The notes under the pieces were generated by a model, which had not been told where the DNA came from, ran no database searches, and was given only the letters and a program-made list of their open reading frames with translations. A stretch of 64,000 nt of DNA from Octopus sinensis (Eukaryota): contig NC_043007.1 in NCBI RefSeq assembly GCF_006345805.1, positions 57,598,001 to 57,662,000 on the forward strand, in the 5' to 3' direction. Shown here piece after piece: positions 54,994-64,000 of this stretch. How positions within the stretch are numbered: position 1 is the stretch's first letter; each line of letters starts with the position of its first letter. Made by a program: the position numbers and the translations under genes.

Positions 54994-55767
54994 TTTCTTG
55001 CCAATAGAGAAAGAGCCTGGTTCTAACCTAAATCAAAGGTTCCATCATTAGAATTTCAACATCAACAGGTATTTTTGTTGGTATGTATATTTGTACGAAT
55101 ATGTGCAGACTTGTGTGTTTTGTTTTATGTGTGTATTCTCATGCATATATTTGCATATCTAGACATGCTCATATGTAGTTAAATGATAAACTTCTGGAAA
55201 GTTTTACAAATTTTTACAGTTCCAGTGATGGATTGGATCTGTTGTCTTCGAATTAGCTTTCTACTTTCTGGTTTTCAGAAGCCTAATTTCTCAAGATTGG
55301 TATTTTGGCAGTGTGATACCTATCTCAAGGTCCCAATAATTACAGGTATAAACCTGAACTTGTAATCTGGATAGAGTAATTGCAAATTTCTCAATAGTTC
55401 AGCGTAGGTTTTCTCTTTTTCGCTAATCTTCAGCTTTATGTTGATATCCGCTGGGCAGCTAATTTCCATAACTGTGCACAGTTTCTCTTCTCTATTCCAA
55501 ATCATTATATCAGGTCTGTTGTGCTTACATTTTATTGAGGTCTTCACTGGTACATTCCACCAGTACTCCTTTTTATTATGAATGGCTATGGCTTCTACCA
55601 TACTGTGAGTTCTTATTTCTTTGTCCTCGGGATTATCCTTCCGACGGATTTCATTATAGAGTGTCATAGCTCCAGTATCATATCTCATCTGTAGATAATA
55701 CTGTGATGACATTTTCGGACAACTGCTTATGATGTGGGGGATATCTTCGGTGTTAACTCCACAACGA
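54994..55767 (-). mobile_element. 5'-truncated R4/Dong-clade copy (same lineage as 30132-31922)
   Basis: [61 protein letters not shown]; the 5' junction abuts (CATA)n on the element strand. Confidence 0.9.
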
Positions 55768-56107
55768 ATGTATGTATGTATGTATGTATGTATGTATGTA
55801 TGTATGTATGTATGTATGTATGTATGTATGTATATATGTATGCACATATGTATGGTTATTATTTCTACCGTGTCGAGTGACAACTTAGGTGTGTATGTGT
55901 GCATGCATGAATGTTTGTGCAGTGTGGAGTTGGAAATATGATGGGCAGTAAATACATGGGTCGTTGTCAGGGATATTCCTTGTAAAGTTTTATTTTCTAA
56001 TTTAGGTATGCCAAGGGAGTTGAGGAAATGTAGTAAAAGATACTGAGGAGACAAATATGTATTCCATTATGTTGGGTCAAATGTTTTGCAATAGTTTAAT
56101 AGTTTGC

Positions 56108-56310
56108 TTTATTTGTCAAGTTACAATGAAAGCAGCCTATTATTCGTTTGAGGAAGTGGTAACTTCAATGAAGGAGTTCTTCACCTCGAAGGACAAGTAC
56201 TGGTATCAGCATGGGATCAAAGAGCTATCAGAGGGGTGGCTTCAGACAACGCAACACGATGGCCTCTACTTTGGATGCTAGGCTGCTTTTGTTGTAACTT
56301 GACAAATAAA
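56108..56310 (+). mobile_element. mariner C-terminal coding remnant enclosed by a 32-bp inverted repeat
   Basis: EEVVTSMKEFFTSKDKYWYQHGIKELSEGW..HDGLYF between 56108-56139 and 56279-56310 (2 mismatches). Confidence 0.75.
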
Positions 56311-56398
56311 CAAATATTTTACCAAAATACAGATCTGATTTATCAATACAATTAAATCTAATGATTACATCTAAATGTAATGACATGATGAGCGCAAT

Positions 56399-56440
<42 letters not shown>

Positions 56441-57604
56441 ATTATCAATTGCTTGAAATTTCAGACTTAGAAATGAACCTGGTAACCAGGAAAGGGATAC
56501 TTGTGAGTTTTTGTCCTTCATGTTCCCGTACGAACTTCAATGGAGCAAAGGAGTTAAAAGCTGCAACTAAGAAGCAAACCTGCGCTGCAATACTAGGAGC
56601 TTTCGACTCCTGCTATGGTGCAATTCAATCCCAATATGTCAAACGAACTAAATCATTTGCAGCGTATCAATGTATCAACCAAATTAAATCGCAATGTTTT
56701 CAGGCTCATCTGTTAAGATAGGAAGGATAATGTAACTATTCTAAAATTAGAATCAAAAGCAAACCAAACAATATGACTATTCCATCTTAATTTTATCTTG
56801 GCTTAATATATTTTGAACGACATAATCCAATGTCCTTCCCATTGCATGTTTTAGAATGCGTGTGGGAATGGATGTTATTTCTATCATATCACCCGATTAT
56901 AGAGTGTCTCATCAATGGCTTGGGGCATGGGGTCCTACTCATGGTTTATGATAATTGATTTGCTGACAGTTATGTTGTTTACCCTAATGTTTGCCAGGGT
57001 AAATATATTTATACATTCGATTAACGAAAATGTATTTTGGCCTTACTGTTTCATACTAATCTTTGCTTTTCCTTCTGTCTCCCCGTCCGACTATCAGTCT
57101 GTCATATTTTACTTTTATTTTATATCTTACATTGCTTTTTTAAATATAATTTTCAAGGTAACAATTTACAATATATGAGTTCAATAAGTGTTATATGTTA
57201 AAGAAAAAGGTCAACCAGTGCTCTCTCTCTTAGCTACTGAACAAGAAATATATAAGTCTTTCATATAAATTGTGGACAACCACAGAACGATGCGCAGTTT
57301 AACAGCCACCTACCCGACTAATATTTTCGCAAAACATGTCATTATGTCATTTCATTGCCGCTATGTTATTCAAAACAATGAGTTAGTTCAGAAAGTGCTC
57401 GAATAATTATGCGTGCAGATTGTACAGGAAAAGGGAGAGAGACGCTTTTAAAGGTTTGAACATAAAATCCAGGTTTTGTCTTCAAAAAAGTTAATTGTTT
57501 CGTAGTTTGTTGTGCGTGCACACACATACACACACACACACACACCTATATGTACGTGTGTGTGTACATGTATATGTGTATGCGTGTATTTATGTATGTA
57601 TTTA

Positions 57605-57785
57605 CAGATGTGTGTGTGTGTTTGTACCCCATCACTGCTTGACAACTGGTGTTCGCGTGTTTATGTCCTCGTAAGTCGGCCCAGTAAAAGAGACCGAAAT
57701 AATAAATACCAGGCTTTAAAAAAATAGGTGCTGGGAGCGATTCGTTCGACAAAAATCTCTCAAGGCGCTGCCCCAGCATGACCGT
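57605..57785 (+). mobile_element. SINE family B, 3' part
   Basis: CATCACTGCTTGACAAC...CCCCAGCATGACCG. Confidence 0.7.
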
Positions 57786-57969
57786 ATATCAGTCATTCAA
57801 CAGCGGCTATGCAGGGGTGTCGCCTTGATAGTTTAAATCGAATAAATCAATCTGGTACTAATATTTTTTTAATCTGGTACTTATTCAGATTTACAGGGAA
57901 GTAAACAAACCGACATCTATTATCAAGTGCTGGTGTAGGGACAAACATAAAGAAAAAATGTACACACAT

Positions 57970-58805
57970 ACACACACACGGTGAATAAACTACCGTCTAA
58001 ATTATGCAAAAATAAAAAAAAATAACACCGACATCTCATTTTAACAGATATATTCATCAAAATTATATTAAAATATCTTGAAATAGTAAAGAGTAAATTT
58101 ACTCAATAAATTCGCCATTGGTTTCAACCACACCCTCCAGACGACTTCGGAATCTCCTGCAACTCTTCTGGGGGTTTTTTTGATTAAGTTGGTGAATTAT
58201 GCCATAATACTTGCCTTCAGTTCATCTTTGGTGTTACAAGGAGTTTTGTTAGTCTCACATTCAACTGCTTCCTACACATAATAACCAAGGAGGTTGTAGT
58301 CTGGGGAGCTAGGTGGCCAGATGTTAGGGGTGATGTGGTCGCAGAAATTGTTTGACAGTCATGACTGAATTCTCCTTCTTGAGTGGCATGGTGCAGACTC
58401 CTGTTGTTAGACATAACGTCTTCCAGCAGCCACCCTCTTGACCCAGAGCACCTCCACCAGGCACTTGATATAGGCCTCCATGTTGAGTCTCAAACCGTGT
58501 GGGAAGATAACGTCGCCATGATGTTGCCTGGTGTTTGATTTTTATCACTCTCAGTACATGTTTTTGGGGACTGAGATTAACACCCAAATACTCTGAAATA
58601 TTCGTATTGGAGCTTTCGAGGCGAATGCCAAGCAGTAGAGCACGCCCTTTCCAAATTTCTGGCAGAGTGAATTGCATCATGGTGCTGTTTTTCTCACAGA
58701 CCGTGCCAAATTGACCCTATTATACTGTGTATTCAACAAAATCAAACACAAACAATACGCAAGCGTGAAATAAAAAATATAAAATGCGGCAATTTACCCA
58801 CACAC
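57970..58805 (-). mobile_element. maT (DD37D) deletion derivative
   Basis: MMQFTLPEIWK.., FPHGLRLNMEAYIKCL, Q(E)SAPCH...WPPSSPDYNLL(G)Y with 37 residues between the mutated catalytic positions; degenerate TIRs. Confidence 0.82.
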
Positions 58806-58809
58806 ATAC

Positions 58810-59240
58810 ACTATATATATACATAAAACATATGCATATATATATACATATATGTACGTACCTACCTCTACATGTATATATACACGCATATATGAGTACA
58901 GGACACCAAAATAAAGGCCGAACACAATGAGAAACGAAAACATAGACACAAACCCAAGGAACTGGACATTTTTCTTAAACAACAAAAAATAGAGTACAGG
59001 ACAAATAACACAAGGAAAAAACCCCTTCTTCAGTCGCCATGGTTTCATCTACTCTACGTTTTGAAGGTGAAGGCGAGACGTATCTTCGATAGAAACTTTC
59101 CTTCCTGCGAAAAGCAAATCAAATAAAATTTGAGATCCTTTTGCAGAGGGGTAAAAATGGTAACAAAAACAGGACAGAAACGACAGTACAAAATATAAGC
59201 AGTAAAAGACAGGACAAGGAAAATAACAAGACAAGAAGGG
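58810..59240. mobile_element. Dispersed repeat homologous to 19930-20296
   Basis: Shared blocks through ..TTTTGCAGAGGGGTAAAA. Confidence 0.75.
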
Positions 59241-59718
59241 CTGTTAAGCCGAACGAAAAAAAATATTACGAACGCTATTTCTGTGGACAGCGAAGGGAGC
59301 AAAGAAAATTGCCGTCCACACCTCAAGAAGGTCAAGGGAGAAAGGTGGCAATGCTCTCGTCGCGGGTTAACGGCGGGAGGGAGGAGGAGGAGTAAGAGAA
59401 AGGGAGAGAATAAAAGGGAATGGTTGTGAGGAAACCAGAAAGAATGAAGAATGAGAGAGAGGGAGAGAGAGAGAGTGAAGAATGAGAGATAGGGAGAGAC
59501 AGTTAAGTAGAAGAAAAGGAAATCAAATGGAGGCTGAGAAAGGGAGGGGACAGAAAGGTTAAGAGTGCGCATCAAAATTAATATCAAGAACAATCTTACT
59601 TAGAAAGGGATGCGTGCGTTCCGTCATATAATATATTAATAAATAAAACATATGCATATATATACATATATGTACGTAGCTATATATATATTATATATAT
59701 AATATATATATATGTATG

Positions 59719-59795
<77 letters not shown>

Positions 59796-59807
59796 ATATA
59801 TATATAA

Positions 59808-60120
59808 AGACCCCCTTCGGTCAGGCACTGACCATGGGTTAGCACCTAGAGTGATACCCTCTGAGGCACAAGTCTGGGCAAGGTTGTTTTTTTTTATGGA
59901 AGACCAGCAGTCGCCCATGCATACCGGCCTCCCCTCTCCACGTCACCGATGTTGTCCAAGGGAAAGGCAAGGGCCGATACAGCTTGGCACCTGTGACGTC
60001 GCAACTCATTTCTACAGCTGAGTGAACTGGAGCAACGTGAAATAAAGTGCCTTGCTCAAGAACACAACACGCAGCCCCGTCCGGATTCGAGCTCACAACC
60101 TCACGATCGTAAGCTCGACG

Positions 60121-60122
<2 letters not shown>
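59808..60122 (-). mobile_element. tRNA-derived SINE family C with conserved central domain
   Basis: Head ..GTGAGCTCGAATCC.., then CTTGAGCAAGGCACTTTA..CACTCAGCTGTA; domain class (CORE, Nin or Meta) not resolved. Confidence 0.75.
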
Positions 60123-60164
<42 letters not shown>

Positions 60165-60165
<1 letters not shown>

Positions 60166-60320
60166 ACAGGCTTCTTTCAGTTTCTGTCTACTAAATCCAC
60201 TCACACGGCTTTGGTCGGGCCGAGGTTATATTAGAAGACACTTTTTCAAGGTGCCACGCTGTGTGACTGGACTCAGAACCGTGTTGTTGGGAAGCAAACG
60301 TCTTACCGCTAAGCCACGTC
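60165..60320 (-). mobile_element. SINE family B, 5' half
   Basis: Reverse-complement head plus CTTCTTTCAGTTTC..CTAC.AAATCCACTCAC. Confidence 0.8.
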
Positions 60321-60379
60321 GATTCTATATTTAATTGTACGTGTGTGTATGTGTATGTGTGTTTGCATGTGTGTGTATG

Positions 60380-60418
<39 letters not shown>

Positions 60419-61024
60419 GTGTGTTTGTGTATTCATGCATACACATATATGTAAGTACGTAGGTATAATTAGTAAGTTTATTTCTTTTCAAACATGAATT
60501 GCAATCAGGAGCATATTCGATTTTAATCATTTTTATTAAAGATGTTTCATGTTTCTTTAATTGTCAACTATGTTTATTCCAAAACATGAATGTTTCTACA
60601 TTTATCAACGCTTCACGACCTTGTTGGCCCTATCAGCCGAACATTGTAGGTAATAGAACAACGTGGGAATGACAATGTAAGCCGTAATCGACAGATTACA
60701 TATTAGCTAATGTTTAAATTCGTTGTTATTTTCGTAGTTTATTCCTCATGTAATGTAAATGTGCGTTTAATTTTGGTTTGTAATTGGATATTGTTAAAGC
60801 TTCGATAACCAATCAAAGTTTTTGTGAAGAATCCCATATACGATTCTTGTTATTAACTAATGTTTTTCTAGTTATGTGTATTCTGTTCGATAACGTGTTC
60901 CCATGTCTCCTTGTCAATACATGATCAACTCATGACAGGGCATCGTACATAAACATACATAGATATTGTCACGAAAGTACCTTCTATGAAATATGTAGAC
61001 CTATTTATATTCTTTTATTCTATT

Positions 61025-61200
61025 ATTTTACTTGTTTCACTCATTTCACTGCGGCCATGCTGGAACACTGCATGTAGTCGAGCAAATCGACCCCAGGACT
61101 TATTTTTTGTGTAAGTCTAGTACTTATTCTATCGGGGTCTTTTGCCGAACGTAAACACGCCATCATCGGTTGTCAAGCGATGTTGGGGGGACAAATAAGG

Positions 61201-61286
<86 letters not shown>

Positions 61287-61448
61287 GACGGGCTTCTTTC
61301 AGTTTCCGTTTACCAAATCCACTCACAAGTCTTTGGACGGCCCGAGGCTATAGTAGAAGACACTTGCTCAAGGTGTTACGCAGTGGGACTGAACCCAGAA
61401 CCATGTGGTTGGTAAGGAAGCTACTTACCATACACCCACTCCTGCGCC

Positions 61449-61450
<2 letters not shown>
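61025..61450 (-). mobile_element. SINE family B
   Basis: Near-complete reverse-complement copy. Confidence 0.9.
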
Positions 61451-61546
<96 letters not shown>

Positions 61547-61729
61547 CTGAAAACATACAGACAAACATATATATGTATATGTATGTATATATATACACAC
61601 ACACACTCACATATATATATATTTCTTAAAATTAATATAGGGTAGGAAAAATTATAGAAAAGTTTTCTACCAGTGGCCTAGTATGTATACAAAGTCAATA
61701 GACATATTTTCATATAAGAATCAGTGTAC

Positions 61730-62085
61730 ATTTAAACACAAAGAGGCAAGCCTTAACAGGTTGCCTCACATACTAGAAAGAACAGTCAAAATTCCAGTCC
61801 ACAGTTAAGTGCAATTTATATCCTAATATATACGAATGAGACACGTGTTATTTGGTCTCTAATTTAAATGTTAATGTTTTGGTGTATCCGCTGATGAGAA
61901 CTTCGCCTTGCAGATTATTTTATTTACCAATTAAAGTTCGAAACCTGAGGTCCGGCTGTAAAACATGGTAAATGTTTTCATTTTTTATTCCCTTCAGAAT
62001 TGCTCTTAACTATGGTCTGGACTTTTTGACTGTTCTTTCTAGTATGTTAGGCAATCTGTTATGGCTCGCCTCTTTGTGTTTAAAT
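61730..62085. repeat. 87/88-bp inverted repeat (61730-61816 / 61998-62085) enclosing a hammerhead
   Basis: 8 substitutions and 1 indel between the arms. Confidence 0.9.
61874..61966 (+). ncRNA. Canonical type I hammerhead ribozyme candidate
   Basis: Intact core CUGAUGA (61891-61897), GAAA (61940-61943) and GUC (61950-61952). Stem II GAACUU/AAGUUC; stem III ACC/GGU; stem I CCG/CGG plus AUGUUUU/AAAACAU around an internal loop. Confidence 0.8.
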
Positions 62086-62090
62086 ATGTA

Positions 62091-62135
<45 letters not shown>

Positions 62136-62177
62136 TGCTACTGCTGCTAGTGTTGCTGCTGCTACTACTACTACTAC

Positions 62178-62516
62178 TATTGAATGGGAGACCAGCGCAT
62201 GCCATCAAAATGACACTGGGATAAAATATACAGAGCTTGCAGTTGGGGCCCAGTTTTTCCAGAGGTGAATTATACAAACCCAAAGAATTTCTCTCAACAC
62301 TATGATATTCCCCAAGTACTTCTTATTGTGATCAGAGATGCACATATGATCCGCCACTAAGGAACATGCTCAACTGGTTAAGGCCAAGCAACTGTCAAGT
62401 AAATCTGTTGTATTGAACAAAATAGTTACTGTAGCCTATCTACAAGACAAAACATGTACATGATAACACTTCCAATCAGTGCCATACACTTCCATCAGAG
62501 CAAGTGTCTGGTACTG
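62178..62516. mobile_element. Unclassified repeat embedded between trinucleotide microsatellites
   Basis: Bounded by (CTA)n and (ATC/TTA)n; resembles a repeat I recall from octopus DNA. Only one copy in this window, so support is weak. Confidence 0.3.
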
Positions 62517-62553
62517 CATCATCATCATTATTATTGTTGTTGTTGTTGTTGTT

Positions 62554-63037
62554 ACCTTACTTCTTAGAACGTTCGGTTTTGTTTGTTCTGGTAGATTCTG
62601 TGAGAACGAACAGCAGGCTCCTGTCATAGGTCTAAATGGGTCTCTTTATGCACATAAGCTTTGATACTTGATTATCAATTAATGTGGGAGACATTCAACA
62701 TCCAAGTATCAATCTCAAAATCCTAGCTATCCCCAACAGAGCAGTTTTTAGGGCTTGCTCTGCTCTCATATCAATTCCGATTTCTTTGACATATTTCTCG
62801 AACTTGATTGTTTGTGCTCCGCCTCCACCTACAACTACTGGAATAACAGACACTCTCCTCGTAGTTCACATTCTTGTAATTTCGTCTTTTAGTAGTCTGT
62901 ACTTATCTTTTCTAGTTCTTTCTTACTTATGCGTGCATCTCCAGGTATTGTAATATCTATAATCTTGATTTCTTTTTCTCTCTTTCTACCACAATACCTG
63001 GTCTCCGAGCCTTGATTAGGGAGAGATTTTGTGCTAG

Positions 63038-63038
<1 letters not shown>
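62554..63038 (-). mobile_element. R4/Dong-clade 3' fragment in (TAA)n
   Basis: IKARRPGIVV..IDITIPGDARISKKELEK.KYRLLKDEITRM..VIPVVVG..ALLGIARILR; (AAT)n at the 5' end and (AAC)n(AAT)n at the 3' end. Confidence 0.82.
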
Positions 63039-63103
<65 letters not shown>

Positions 63104-63129
63104 GTTGTTGTTGTTGTTGTTGTTATTTA

Positions 63130-63290
63130 GCATTCCGTCCATCTTTACGTTCTGAGTTAAAATTCTGCCGAGGTCGATCTGCCTTTTATTCTTTAAGGGT
63201 CGATAAAATAAGTACCAGTTGAGCACTGGACTCGATGTAATCGAATGACACCCTCCTCAAACTTGCTGGCCTTGTGCCAAAATTTGAAAG
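63130..63290 (+). mobile_element. SINE family A, 5'-truncated
   Basis: GCATTCCGTCCATCTTTACGTTCTGAGTTAAAATTCTGCCGAGG...GTGCCAAAATTTGAAAG reads directly on the plus strand. Confidence 0.85.
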
Positions 63291-63469
63291 CATTATTATT
63301 AGTGTTGTTGTTGCAGCTACTACTGCTGTAGTAGTAGTTGTTGTTATTGTTATTGTAGGTATTGTTGCTACTGGTGCTGTTGCTGTTGCTGCTGTTGCTG
63401 CTACTGCTGCTGTTGCTACTGCTGTAGTTATTAATATTGGTGAATGCTTTTGACAAATAGTAGTCCCGA

Positions 63470-63970
63470 AGCATGGTAAATACAGTGTTTTTGAGCAAGG
63501 TGTTTGCCAAGAGGCTGGCGCTTGTCGTCGAACCTCTACTCACTAGTGCACAGACATGCGCTATCCCAATCAAACCTATCTACGACAATCTCCACTTCAT
63601 GCAATTCATCATAGAAAGAGTGGGTATATAGCCTAACATATTTAGGGCCCTGAGAATTTAGATCAATTGAATGCTTTCTATTGGTTACTTTCAGTATTTC
63701 GCAGCTGTCCTGAAAGCAGTGGGTTTCGGCCCCGTCTTTAAAAGCTGGATCGCTGCAATATACAGCGACCGCGATTCGGAGATTAGCGTAAATGGCCACC
63801 TGTCAGAACCGTTGCGCATGATGCGCTACGACGGTCAAAGTTGTCCCCTTTCCCCTCTTCCGTACGTGCTGGCGCTCGAGCCACTACCGGGAAATTTAGA
63901 GGTTTCGAGAGACATCTGCCTAAAGTAGGAGAGTTGTGTCAGTATAGATGGATGATGACACTGTAACGCT
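63470..63970 (+). pseudogene. L1/Tx1-clade ORF2 reverse transcriptase remnant
   Basis: KVFAKRL..QTCAIP..IYDNL, VLKAVGFGPVFKSWI..Y, VNGHLSEP, QSCPLSPLPYVLALEPL. Confidence 0.85.
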
Positions 63971-64000
63971 GTGGGAAACCAGTCACAACAATATGTTCAG

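Overview
AT-rich eukaryotic DNA saturated with microsatellites and transposons. The SINE families and repeat landscape look like octopus (cephalopod) genomic DNA; this is inferred from recognisable repeats, not proven. I found no host protein-coding exon, rRNA, true tRNA or CRISPR array, and nearly all ORFs in the supplied track are translations of simple repeats. Supported content: (1) a near-full-length decayed Penelope-like retroelement (PLE; RT + GIY-YIG, 6036-9077) bracketed by ~190-bp inverted termini, plus a second PLE endonuclease remnant. (2) Five R4/Dong-clade fragments, all embedded in microsatellites: two in (TAA)n and three from a different lineage in (CATA)n. (3) CRE-clade, RTE and L1/Tx1 fragments. 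(4) Two full-length decayed mariners, two maT (DD37D) derivatives, a Tigger-type MITE and a Helitron 3' end. (5) More than 25 tRNA-derived SINE copies. The most striking unexplained structure is a recurring architecture of long inverted repeats associated with hammerhead-ribozyme motifs. It includes a canonical type I hammerhead at 61874-61966 nested in an 87-bp inverted repeat, a U3-A8 core-variant minimal hammerhead in the PLE termini, and a 574-bp near-perfect palindrome at 205-778.
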